A stretch of DNA of 64,000 nt, from NCBI GenBank assembly GCA_965203295.1, contig CBDBCZ010000018.1, forward strand, positions 832,001 through 896,000, given 5' to 3'. Below, piece after piece: positions 51,701 through 64,000 of this stretch. The position numbers and the translations under genes are program-made. Position 1 is the stretch's first letter, and each line of letters begins with the position of its first letter. This DNA comes from Nitrospirales bacterium. Its GTDB lineage: Bacteria > Nitrospirota > Nitrospiria > Nitrospirales > UBA8639. Below the pieces are notes generated by a model. The model made no database searches, was not told the DNA's origin, and saw only the letters and a list, made by a program, of their open reading frames with translations.

Positions 51701-54700
51701 GGTTACTGTGTCGTTGGAATGTGCAGTGCCCCAGCAACCAAGTTATGTACATCGACACTGTTGAACACAACATTGAACCCAAGCAACAAAATGATCTGTT
51801 TCAGGTATAGTTTACTACAATAACTCTTGCATTCATTACATAATTCTGTAATGTAAGAAAATTGAAAAGTTTGATATTGAATAATGTGTCCACGATAATT
51901 AGCATAAAGTATACTAATCTTTTGTTGTTTATTCTCCAAGCCTACAAATTGCAGTAAAAGAAAGCTGCCATATTGTGGCATGTACATATTAATGTACATT
52001 ACCATGGCAACCACTTTTTCCCACGCTTATAGCACTCAAAGGAGGCCACATACAGGGATCATTGCTATACCAATGTACATTAAATCAGTTAAAGGTCAGT
52101 TTGGGTGAGGGGTTAAAATCCTCGGCTTTGCCTTGAACTTTAAATTCCCCTCACCCAAACTGACCTTTAACTATTACTTATGACATGTACAGCAAAGAGT
52201 TATAAGTGCACCTCAAACTGCAAAACACTTCTTTGTACACTTAGAATCCCGTGTGTATTGACTACCTGAAGCAGTACAGAGACTTTGGCGATGAAGTCAG
52301 CTGTGGTATTAGGGAGCCTCAGAAGGATCTCGAGCCTCGTCGCCTGATGTTAGAGTTTCGCTCAAACACAAAGTAAGCAAAACAATGTTTTACTTATGCA
52401 TGTTGTGCACCCCATAGCTATAAATAGGCAGCTGTAATCAGGTTTGGTATGTGAAGACTTAAAAATAAGCCTAAACCATCCTTTTTCGTTGATACCAAAT
52501 TCCAATCCTATTCCCAATTGCCTACTACAACCTTCCTTTTTTCCAACTTTTCCTACCTCCCATAAGCCCATCCGTATTATCAGTATGAACTCTAACACAC
52601 CTCGGCACATGGATAAAAGGGTGTAGATGGATAAATGATACAATTATTTGTAGACAAAATACAGAATGAACTAAGATTTGGAACTGTAGCTAAGAGAACT
52701 CTAACCCTAATCCTAACCAGTAACCCAAAAACTGACCCTCATGTTATGTGTTTGCATAAGTATGAATAGACAGCTGTAATCAGGTTTCGTAAGTATGATT
52801 GTAAGTGATGGCTTTAGTTGTAGGAATGAAGATACTACCTTGTATGCATTTCAGGAAGTTCCACATAACTCTTTTCCAACCAATGACACATAATATGTGC
52901 CATGGGCTCCCATAAGCCCATATGAATTTATATGGGGGTTTTAATACTAGGCGTTAATACTTTGTACAGGCTTTTCTGCTTCTTTAAGCTGTTTCTTATG
53001 GTTGGTAAAGGGTTAATTAATTAGGCTTTGTATATAATGTGTTGTTCTTCATCTTTGTAGAGTTCGATTTCCAGGGTTCAGAATAAGAGTGGTGTGCTTT
53101 GATCCAGAACTGCAAGACCAAGAGGGCTGCTCGCTGGATGGCCTTTCTGGTAATGTATTAGAGAGCCTTCAAGTGCAGAAGAGAAGTATTCCGCCTCGAA
53201 TCCTTTCAAAGAAGGATCTGGTAAGATCTAGTGAGCGGTCAGTGTGTCTTTTGTTAACGCAAAGTATTTGTGGGAAATACACCCACATAATTATGCTGTT
53301 GTAGTTACCAATGGTTCTCACTTAACAATGTGAAAACAATGAGGTAATCCTTATGTATCCACAACATCCTACCACACCTTTAGTTCCACTGTGAATCAAA
53401 CTAGTCTTGACTTAGAAGATATTTGTGCTTAAAAATTATAATCAATAGTTTGATGTGTCTTAAGCTTAACCATAATAGAGTTAAGGTACAACATCAGACC
53501 ATAAACACTACATGTGTATATAGCCTGAAGGTGTTTGTGTATACAGTGTACGTATTATGGCTAAAATGCATTAGGTCATACTTGAATTGGACTGTGACAT
53601 CCCACCTGTCTACTGTGTTTAGTCTGTTGTATCACTGTAGTCACCTGGCAAGCAGCTGCACTTATTGTTTGTGTTCTGACTGCGTGAATCATCACATATA
53701 GCACTCTTGATTCCTATTAGAAGTACGCATCTTTCATTGTCACAGAAATTAAATGGGTTTTGGTGTTTTAAGTCCTCCATGCAATTCTACGGTATACTGT
53801 GATGCTACAGAATTAAAATGCAGAGGCAGTGAGACAAAGGTTTCAGTTTTACTTTACATCTGCTGATCATATGTGAGGTACATGTGTTCTCCTTTCAAGT
53901 AGATGGTGAGGTTGAGCAGGTTAGATGAACCCATGTAGTCATTTTGCCGCACCTATGAGAGCAATGGCTTATAGTCAGCTCTTTAAAAGGCATGCTTGAT
54001 TGAAAGACAATCTTTTTATAGCTACCTAATTCCGTTATCCATTTCCCTTCTTGGCCCTGGAAGTGTGTGCATAATATATGCCCTTATGCAAATATTGTAG
54101 AAAGTTCGGGGACTCACACTAGTTTCGAATCTGCCTGTGTTGTGGTGAAAGAGAATACCCTAAGCACTGTGCTAACCACTGAACTACATGTGCTAAGTCA
54201 AAGATATGTAAACATTTGCTGACTATAATACACAATTTTAAAATGCAGGCGCCACACCCAGAGAGTAAAATATTTTGGACTGTAATGGTTGTTGGAATTA
54301 ACTTGTGAGAGTCCAAGGTACAAAGCAAGGATTGCACAGCAAGTTTGATCCCAGTTTTTAATTGAATCCCATGCTCAACTTCAGTCATTCAATGATCCAG
54401 ATGGGACACACTTGATATAATTTTTTCCTTTCTTCTCATTTTCAGGAAACTGCCTTCAACCGTAGAATTTTCAAACGATCGGTAAAATCACTAAAGCAAA
54501 TTTCTGTGCCAGCAAATGAGCGTGTGATATATGACAAAGAGAAAGTTACTGTGAGTACTAGTATTATACATTAATCAACTCAAGCCAATACTTACATGAC
54601 TGAATAAATGCAGTGTACATGGAAACCCTCTATTGTGGACACCTTGGAAACTGTCAAAGTGTCCTGCATAGAGATGTGTCCTCACTTTTGTATAGTATAT

Positions 54701-57700
54701 TTAGGACATAGTAACATGTCCTTTATACAGAAGTGTTTTTATTTTAGAGGGGTCCTTTTTGAGGGGTTCCACTGTATGCCCCAATGTCTGCAGTGGAAAA
54801 TTCTGAATTATGGGATTTGATATAGCCGCTTCCATGCAGTATCTTGGAAGCCACTTAAGTGTTTTCTTTATGCTATATGTTATCTCCAAACCCATGCCTT
54901 CCCTGGTACTTGCAAAAATAAGTTATAGTGGGGAGAGATTTTATCACCTGCACAACTGCACAACTGCAGAGTAGATGGCAGGTATACAGACATCTCTAAT
55001 TCAGTTCAGTGACTATACAATTGAACCATGTGTACAACATATGTATAGCTGTATGTTATTTGTGCGTCTTTGCCGGGGATTTTTATAACGCTTGTGATAA
55101 AAATGACCAGGACTTTCTCACTTCACCTTTCATTTTATTTTCAGGAATGCGGGGAAGGCCTGGGTTCAAAGCTAGTTACGTACATGTATCTAGCTGATGC
55201 ATTGTATGTACTTCCTGCAGTGTTGATATCGACGTACCTTTTTTCATTAGGTTGTTGTGAATGGCAGCATCGTAAAGTTCACTTTTGATGATATTACATC
55301 CTTCCACACTTACAATCAATTTGAGGGGGTAAGAAGCTTTTATAAGCTGAAGAAAAGGCTTGATTTCCGAGGATTTGGTGAGTAATAGTTTGACAGGATT
55401 TATCTTTTTCCTATGTTCCCACTTTATTCAGGTAATGAACTTTATTTATTCAGAAATACAATGGAACCACTGCACCTCTTAAAGGACATCATTAAAATAA
55501 GGACACTTCAATATTAGAGAGAGACTTTGCTTTATATGCCCTATTATTTTCCTGACTAAGTGCTGAGACACCGAAAAAAATATGTTGAGAAGACGTAGTT
55601 ACTGATAATTAGAAATACAGTATACTACTCACGTACAGTACAGCACAGTAAAATATTGAAACATGCCAGACTGTTTTCTTGCTATATATGTAAAGGAGAC
55701 TCTCTTAATAAGCTAGTGGAATTCATACCCATGTTTCTTCAATTCCAACAAAAAGTGGAGCAGAATTTCTTTCTGTTGTTGTCTGCCACTAATTTAACAC
55801 AGTGTTGTAATATTTTACTCTCTCTGGAAAAAACTAAAATTCTGCAGTTAAAACATTGGTAACTAAGAGACTCCAACCAAATTTTGGGTTGGAATTGAAG
55901 AAACTTGGCTATTAAAACTGCCATAAAACTGACCTTTGCTCAACCAAAATGGCATAATTATGTTTGCCAGTGCTTTAAAACGAAGCTACCTATGCTTTTA
56001 ACTGGGATTGAGTCTCAAAGTGTCTAGTGTGTTGAGCTAATGAGTTAGTGAATTTTAGATTTTCTGCCTTCTAAGACTAATTTTGAGTGGAATGCTGTCT
56101 AGAATATAGCTGATATTAGGTTAGTTTAGTTGTTGCTGTAGCAAAGATCCAGAGATATGAAACCTAATTGGTGCATAACAACCCAAAAATTAATATGAGA
56201 CACTTACATTATTGTAGTGAGTAGTCAAACTGACTTTTGTTGATGCTGATGTCACTAATCTCATATTATGTTGAAGTTAAAAATTGTCCCACTTTACGAT
56301 GTGAAAAGGATGCACATTTTCTACTCTCTAAACCATTTGAGTGTACTTCTGTTAGAATGTACCTGATATGAGGTTGGTTGATGTAGTTGCTGCTGTAGCA
56401 AAGACCCAGAAATGAAAGCTTTGTTCTGTACCACAAAAGATACAGGACTGAGTTTACAGCATTGTTTAAATTTTGTGCAATGATTTTCTGCAAAATTATG
56501 GTTGTAGTACTGAGGTGTTCCCATGATTGTACATATCTCATACAGTAAGGGAACTACTTTTAATTAGAGTACATAACATAACTTGTGGTCATAATCTCAT
56601 CACGTATGTACTATTACTTGTAAATACAGGCTTGCTGACAATTATACAGTCAACTGGATACTACTTTATATACGGAGTTGATCCCATAGTAAGTTAATAC
56701 ACAACTACTTCCTGTATCAGCTTTTTTATTATTTAAGCTGCCATTAATCCAGTGTGCACAGGAATTGCTATCTAAAGTCACATGTGCCATAAGATAGGGA
56801 GGTTGTAGAGAGATAATTATGAGCGAGTACGCTTACATGCAATTCTCACACAGCGAGTAAAGGTAGCAAATCCACACTTCTAATTAATACTCTTTATAGC
56901 CATTTGTGTCGTAAACTTACCACCGAAACACGTTTCCCATGAAATATAGAAATACGCAGCTATATTTAGAAGTAAAAAATGACACAATTTTATCATGTGA
57001 TCTTAGATATCAGGTCCTGTGACTTTCCTTCGTGTAATCAAAACAGTCGTGAGCCTGGGAATGAGGCTATTATGCTGATTTGGGTGTACGTTGTGGGTGC
57101 ACATACCACAATATTGTGCAAATGAAATTTAAGCACAATAACCAAGTGCAGTTTAAAATGCCACATGCAGTTGTTAGAAGTAGCTAATAAATTATTGGAT
57201 ACAGGACCAGATAATTGAGTTCTGGCAATGAAGTATACGCAGATGGGTGGGTTCGAGGCAAGGAGCAGAGGTTATTGTGTCATATCCATACGCAATCATA
57301 TCTGGATCTATTGGCGTGTACACCTTATGACCATTAGCCTGAGTACAAAAGTAGTGTTAGCTAATTAGCCCATTAACACATAGTAACTTATTGGATACAT
57401 CATGCATAATTAACTAGTATGGAAAAACAGTATGGCATTCAAACCAGTGTCTGAAGTGTTCATAAAAAATGCGTAAAATATTAAAATTGCATTAGGTGAA
57501 CTCACTCAAGAATATCAATTATGACTGAATTATCATGCATAAAGGTGAACAGTAGCACAAAAAAAATCCACTAACTAGCTACACTTTTTATGCGGGCCAG
57601 GTTCAAATTCTGGCTGTAACTCAGCAAGTTTTCCATCACATAGCTACTGATTGTGTCCTCAAGTATACACTTACATTATGCACAATGTTGCTTTTGAAAC

Positions 57701-59662
57701 ACACAGTTTCTGCCAAGCCCTGAGCAAGAGGGAGTAATCCGCATGCTACTAAAAGCCGAAGAAGAACTGATTGTAGATGAGGATTTCATCATTGAAGAAG
57801 ACGACGATGAAACAAGTGAGCATAATATTTATCAGCATAGCTAAACACATAAATAAAAATCATTTTCCCACTTCCAAGAGAGGTATAAGACAGCATAACT
57901 GTTAAACCTTTCAAACCAGGTGGAAATGCAGTGAATACACGTATAATTACTCTGACTTTAAATACAGCAACACCTACTATTTAGCAGTACAGTTGTGATA
58001 GACTTCCACTAATTGAACAGGGCTCCAATACTACCTGTAGCAATGTATTGTTAGTACTGTTGCATTGTTCAGCCAGTACCACAGGCCTTCATGGAAGGTA
58101 CAGGCTCTTACTATCTTGGGAATGGGGAATTCTATTTATGTGCTCTTGGTATAAAGTAGCAGGGTATTAGGCACAGTACGTACACACACATATATACCAC
58201 TCACCCTTGTTACTTAGGTTACTAGAAGTCATTATGAGTCATATTGACTTCCCTTTGGGTAAAAGTCTGGTATGACTCATACCGACTTCCCTTAGGGTAA
58301 ACAATTTTATCCAATCAGACTATCATGCATATAGCTACTGCTATGCATTGTGTAGCTGTACTTTACATGCATACATTCAGGCACAATATTATACATTCTG
58401 GCTTTATAATGGAGAAGCTGAGGCCGCTAAAACGTTGAGGTAGGAGGGGCTGCTTCAAAGAAGCGGATGGGAGGGGCTCAATACTGTCTTCCAGGGTAGG
58501 AGCTCTGAATTAACCCCTGGACAGGCGGTCCAATCGCACAACCGCATACCGAGGCAAGACGGCAAGTAAGGACAAACAGCCTCAGCTTCTTCCATTAATT
58601 ATATATAAAGCCAGAATGGGAATCGTTGCTACGTGCTAGCGTTGCTATAGTTCGTGGCCCCCATGGACTGACCAATCAGATGGGATATATAACACTTACA
58701 GTACAGTTGTCATGGATTTATGGCAACGTAAACAAACCTCGTCCTCGGGCTATCGCCCTCGGACTCCGTTCGTTTACTGCCATAAATCCCTGACAACTGT
58801 ACTATAACTATAACATATGCATTCTCAGGGGAGGTTTAAAGTAATCATTGGAACTACAATAGTGAAATACCATTAGCTATACACACTCTAATAATGAAAT
58901 TGTACTAGAGAGTAGCATTATTGGGTTCTCTGTAAGTGATCTTGTGTAATTATAGCAGCGTTCAAAGTAAAACAGCTAAAGTGTGAGTGGTATGAACAAC
59001 CACTGCCATAATCAAAACATAGTGCAAAGCTCACTGATAAAACACCACAAGCTTATACAACAGACCTCTCCATACTTATACATTTATACCAAGGTTTTCA
59101 AGAGGGTTTCCATCCATGTAGTGAGAGGGAATGAGAATAGTTGATACACCATATCAAGCTCATCTAAAAATATTTGGCCGATTAATGCATGGCCAAGTTG
59201 TAGACATGAGTGAATTGGATTACAATACGTTATTATGGAGCTAGCTACCATTCCTAACTTCAATGGTTGTCTTCACTTTGTAATTTGGGTCGAAGTGTAT
59301 ATATCACAAAGAGCACCAGCGAAAAATACCTTTGGTAGTCCATTACTGTGAGCCAGAAACACTCTTTATATCTTTATAAGGATACTATAAGCTGTGCATA
59401 ACATCATACATGCAAATTCACCCCACATTTCAACTTTCTGTGTATATTGACTTCGTAGGTACTGGACAACCCGGCCCCCCTGGACATTCTGGTGCTCCAG
59501 GCCCCCCTGGGTATGCTGGCCGCCCTGGCCCCCCTGGCCCCCCTGGCCCTTCTGGCCGTCCTGGCCCCCCTGGCCCTTCTGGTCGTCCTGGTTCTGCTGG
59601 CTCCGCTGGGCCTCCGGGTCGTCCTGGTTCCGCTGGCTCTGCTGGGCCTCCAGGTGTAAGAG
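48788..59662 (+). CDS. Secreted CUB-domain protein with acidic linker and collagen (Gly-X-Y)22 exon; 3' end uncertain
   Basis: Phase-consistent GT-AG exons: 48788-48951, 50591-50685, 51490-51562, 51702-51804, 52245-52372, 53061-53220, 54446-54550, 55251-55377, 56630-56688, 57707-57815, 59459-59662. It shows a hydrophobic signal peptide and CUB hallmarks ([39 protein letters not shown]). Linking the collagen exon is inferred from phase 1 compatibility. Read-through of the last donor would end at 59742. Confidence 0.72.
54617..54774. mobile_element. Short pogo/Tigger-like MITE (…GAGGGGTTCCACTG|TA family)
   Basis: Ends GAGGGGTTCCACTG-TA. Relatives at about 26565-27944 (host of two TTAA insertions), 22388 and 55457. 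Confidence 0.55.
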
Positions 59663-61754
59663 GTAATACCTATACTGCAGTAATAACACAGCTACAGTAT
59701 GTTGAACAAAAAGCTTTGCGAGATTCTCACAAAACATTGTGAAGGGTTTGTAAAGCTAACATTGCTAACTTGTCATGCAATCTGAATCATTGAGCTGTAC
59801 TTGAACACGTGAAATTATGCAAACCGAGAAGCTGAACTACTCTACAAAGCCATAATTAAATACTAATTACGCCACACTGAGCCATAAATGATTATGTCTG
59901 GGCCATAATATTGGCATGTATATGCCACAAACTTTGTGTAAAAAGTGAACACTTCGTGATTATTTCATGCCACAAACACTTTGTGGCACTTCGTGATGAG
60001 AGGACATTTGCAAAGGTTGGCGAACATTTTGTGAGCATCTTGCATTTGCAGCGTACTGTAGCTTTATAACCTTAGAAAGTGTTGCTCTGGCGTATTTAAG
60101 GTCGTTTGATTTTAGCTACTAATGTACTTTGGAGTGTCAAAAAATATTATAGTTACGTTCAGATATTAATTGGTTAGTTACTGGACAAAGGCAAAATTTC
60201 CTGAACTGCATTTTCATATAAAAGAATTTGTCAGAAATAGCTAAGTGTATAAAACAGTACAAAGGTCTGTATAAAATAAGGTACAATTTCCTTGCAAAGT
60301 TAGGAAATTCAGCTCTGTCCTGTGCTATACCAAATTCCTGGAACTATCTCCTTCGAGGTGCTTTTCAGGAATTCCACTTGAGGCCCACGCAATAATTTGC
60401 TCAGTTAGGCAACGTATCTTGTATTAGGTATAGTTTTTTTACTGTGGTGAGACACCAGTCGTATCTATGGTTGCAATCCTAACGTTGGTTAATTAAGCAA
60501 AGACATAGTTAATATATGAATGTAGTGATTGCTATGTTGATGCTATTGCTCAGTGATTGTTCACATGGCATTATACCTGCGTTGATAGGGCGAAGACAGT
60601 CTACCGGAAGTGGACCAGAGGTGGATGATCCAATGGTGATTGATGCAGCAAGAGCCAGCGTAAACTCTTGCAATGCGGTCGTGAGGGCCGTAGCACAATC
60701 TCTACTGAATCTACAAGTAGTATAGTTGAACAATTCACTCATGCACAAATAACTTACTGCTGGATCGGTAGCTACTAAACTTACGAATACTAGAATGTAT
60801 CTTTTTGTACAATATTCTTTTTGGAGCTGACAGTATGTGTGTATTAACCAGTTGTCATCACAATGTATCGTAGTTAGCACCTTTATGTATGTAATTGATA
60901 CTATTACCTTGACTACTAAATTACCGGTACATGCATTAGCTGTAATGTACAAGAGATTTGTCAGCAAAAGTAAGTTAAATGGGGAGACATCTAATATAGG
61001 ATCTGTTTGTACATGTGCCATATTTGGGTGAGTCAGTAGGATGAGCCATATCAGGAGCCTATATACAGGCAACATGAGTCCAATATCCAGTGGGTATTGG
61101 ATGGCTATTTCAATGAGTAAGGATATTGAGGTAGTTGAAAAGTTCGCAATAAAAATCTGTACTAGCTAAATCGTGGAATCCTCTGCACTGTCATTGAGTC
61201 CTTCATTCACAAAATAAGAACCTATCTCAAACAGTGTCATCTCTGCATGGTTTGTCTCCCTTTACGTTTTGGTCATAGTCTTTCGCTACAGGTTCACTTT
61301 TTGCATGCACTATAATGCTAATTTTATTGTGATGCCCCACGTGCAAGGGACACCCTACCTAATTTAGTTACATTGATATCTTACCTTGACTTCTTTAAAA
61401 GGAATAAACTGTTTACTTGTACTATTATCCTTATGTTAATATGCACTTTGTTCACAAGTAAATAGCTATCTGTATTGCGGGCATATATATATATACTTGT
61501 AGCTATTAGTGCTGCTGGACTACCTGTATCCATGTGTCTGTTAACACAAATTTATATACACAAAAGAATAACATTGGCATGCAGACTCTCACCGGTGTGA
61601 TAAGAAAAAGACTTATCCAGTCACTCATATCTAAGCACACTGTATACTGTCAAATGGGATGAATAGTACTGGAGGGGGCAGCCAGCTACACCACACAGCT
61701 ACTGGCGAGTTTAGTGGCTATATAAAGCTTGCCTACTGCTCCTCTGCTAAGGGG

Positions 61755-61828
61755 GCTCCAGTAGCTCAATTGGTAAGAGCATCTGACTAGTATTCAGAAG
61801 GTCCTAGGTTCAATCCCCAGCTGGGTCC
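61755..61828 (+). repeat. tRNA-Thr(AGT)-like sequence, probably a tRNA-derived repeat or pseudogene
   Basis: A box TAGCTCAATTGG, anticodon arm TCTGA-CTAGTAT-TCAGA, B box GGTTCAATCC and a T-run downstream. Mismatches in the acceptor and T stems. Second copy at 28784-28856. Confidence 0.65.
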
Positions 61829-62399
61829 CGATTTTTCGGTTTTCGGGATTTCTTTACTTTCTCAGAAAGCTTTCTTCTCTTGAAGAGTTCACAATATAAC
61901 TACTTCGTATCATTTCACTCCCCCTTCCCATGGCTCACTCATACCGCCCCCACACCCCACACCCCCAAACACACTCAAACACACATACCCAAAAAGCACC
62001 CAAGGTAAAGGGTCAATTACACTTTGTCTGGTACTGGTAGTGTAATAATCACAAAAATAATATATGTAGTAAATCATGGGGTACACTAGTATCATGAAGT
62101 ATGGAAACAAAATGGCAGCCCCATATAACCTATATTCAGAATTCGGCTCTGATTATGTTCATAGATAAAAAAGACGATAGATAGTTTTTTTAAGCAGGAA
62201 TGTCTCATCAGCCAGGAGGCTGGTCTGCACGGGAGTCCTGACGGCATAGTATAGCGCTACTGGCAACAATGTAAAGTAAAATACAAATGAGTGTTAAAAA
62301 TTTATTTAAAAAAAAAGAAGAAATTTTGTTCATCATTCCTCCAGCAGCAAAACCTCAATCTTCTCTTGAAAACTCCACTGCTCACTCCTATAAGATCAT

Positions 62400-63125
62400 C
62401 AGGGAGTTTGTTCCACCCTGTGCCCCTTTAAAGGTGAACAACCGCCTGTTGTGCTTCGTCTGAGCCGATGGCCTAAACAGTTTGCTGCAGCCATGTGTCC
62501 TAGAATGCCCAACTTCACCATTTGCCCTAAAAACCTGAGACACTGTGGATTCTGTTTCGTAATACACCAGTGTACCAACACTATAGCCTAACCATCTTTC
62601 TCTTCTTTTTCAAAGTCATCCACTTTATGACCTTTCTCAATCCATCATTGGGTGTTCTCAGTGGCTGTGATAAAATAAGGCGCATGCTGTAGTTCTGCAG
62701 TCTCTCCAATTCTTGCTGCGATTCAGCATTCAGCTGAACATTCCTGCCATACCACACAGCAATCATCCAAATGTTGTGTAATTGTGCTGGAGCTGGTAGC
62801 ACATTCCTCAGTCTCCTCAAATTGCAAATGGCCAAACCAGCTAAGCATTTGCTCCTCACTTCATCCCTCCATGTCAGCCTGTCATCCATCCAAACTCCCA
62901 GGCTCTTCACCCTTTCGTTTCTCACTACTCTCTGATCCCCCCCCCCCCCCCCCCCCCCCCACTCCCCCTTCCTTACAACTACTGCTCCAACTCCCACACC
63001 CTTTGCCTGCTCCCCAAGAGAGTAGTTGTGTCTTACCCACATTGAGCTTCAAGTTGTTATCACTCAAACACATTGACACACCCTCAAAATCACTTTGGAG
63101 GCCAAATTTCAGTACTCTAGCATCA
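62400..63125 (-). mobile_element. LINE (CR1/L2-type) RT C-terminal remnant
   Basis: LQSDFEGVS..LSDNNLKLNVGKTQLL, VKSLGVWMDDRLTW and LERLQNYSMRLIL in shifting frames. Confidence 0.75.
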
Positions 63126-63135
63126 GCGCTTACAA

Positions 63136-63600
63136 TCATGGAGTAACTACGGTAGTACTCCATATGTAGGGTGGCACGGGAAAAAAATGGCGGCCCATAT
63201 AACGCGTACAAAATCATACGTTCAGATCTCGCTTCTGTTTATAGTCATAGGCTATTATGAACCGCAACATGACATCTCGTTTATAGTACATCTTCTTTCT
63301 GGTTTCTGGTTTCTGGTTTCGTCTTCTTTCTTCAGCCAGGCTAGCACAATAATGGCTGAGGCGATCACAATGATTCAAGCGCGAACGAGCTGGATATTCC
63401 TCGGGGTATTACACTCGCAGCATAGCGTTTTCAAATAAATCGAATGGGTTCAAATGTGATTCACGAGTACTCTCGAGCGGACGCTTGTCGTTTGGCGCCA
63501 TTTAGTGACTAGGATTATGCATGCGCAGACTTCATCTATTTAACGCCTACCTATGATTGTGCAGGCTGCTCGAGTGAACGCTGGTCGTTCTACGCCATTT
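63136..63600 (+). mobile_element. 5' part of the same Helitron-like family
   Basis: Collinear similarity to 10192-10720. Confidence 0.65.
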
Positions 63601-63684
63601 GGCTAACAATATTCATAACATTAACTCATTGCACGCCGTAATTACGTCACGCGCGTGATGCTCCACGCCACAGTTTCTACAAGG

Positions 63685-64000
63685 TTTTTAGGGCAAATGG
63701 TTTCTTCCATACCGTGGGCGTCGATTCTTTCTACATCTGATGTTAATCATTCTTGGCTAGTCTTTAAACACACCTTTCTCAAAATTATGCATCTCACCAT
63801 TCCTAGTAAGATTGCTTCCCCTACCCCGCACCCTCCTTGGATCTCTCGTTCTCTCCTTTCGAGTTTTAGACGTAGGAACCTTCTTTATAAGCGCGCTAAA
63901 TTAACTAATTCTGTGCAAGACTGGTCTCTTTACCGCTCTTTTAGAAACTCTACTCTTGCTTTACTTCGCTCTCTCAAGTCTAAGTTTTTCCGTTCTCTCT
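63685..64000 (+). mobile_element. 5'-truncated LINE ORF2 fragment running off the window
   Basis: Open frame SIPWASIL..DVNHSWLVFKHTFLKIM..IPSK..PPWISR..RRRNLLYKRAK..DWSLYRSFRN..LRSLKSKFF, the typical linker between endonuclease and RT. Inserted in the CTCATTGCA MITE end. Confidence 0.75.

Noticed and set aside
60509..61250. 188-aa ORF 60509..61075 as a gene
   Set aside because: No recognisable motif. Plus-strand traces such as EKFAIKICT near 61140 suggest a decayed LINE, too weak to call.
61755..61828. Functional tRNA-Thr gene
   Set aside because: Acceptor and T-stem mismatches and a diverged dispersed copy favour a repeat or pseudogene; not fully excluded without tRNAscan-SE.
62937..62960. 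Poly-C24 / Gly- or Pro-rich ORFs 62581..63042 and 62784..63146
   Set aside because: A homopolymer expansion inside a dead LINE fragment.
63755..63766. CTAGTCTTTA as the 3' end of the Helitron-like copy at 63136
   Set aside because: It lies inside the LINE ORF2 reading frame (WLVFK), so the match to 11426-11435 is coincidental.

Overview
Eukaryotic, intron-rich and repeat-dense animal DNA, most likely a demosponge (inferred from gene content, not proven). There are three host loci. (1) An intronless, about 1284-aa Pmp-like beta-helix/multi-TM surface protein gene (7066-3213, minus) is split by a single 1-nt frameshift and flanked by 5' and 3' paralog remnants. (2) A 19-exon TRPA-like ankyrin/ion-channel gene (47226-14940, minus, 865 aa by manual splicing) is open throughout; its introns are packed with transposons. 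(3) Head-to-head with it is an 11-exon secreted protein gene with signal peptide, CUB domain, acidic linker and collagen Gly-X-Y exon (48788-59662+, plus). Mobile DNA includes a DUF3504/Crypton-type tyrosine-recombinase pseudogene, a decayed DIRS/Ngaro element, a truncated Mag-type Ty3/Gypsy, piggyBac-, pogo-, MULE/Merlin- and Helitron-like non-autonomous elements, a foldback element, LINE fragments and tRNA-Thr-derived repeats. The most striking signal is a set of about 11 long terminal hairpins from several sequence-unrelated families. They share a GAA-type apex and tandem GA/GA mismatches on one strand only, an asymmetric hairpin+IR...IR layout and, where both ends are readable, a G-TWA-(C/T) target. 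One of them carries a Crypton recombinase remnant. All calls were made by eye, without database searches.
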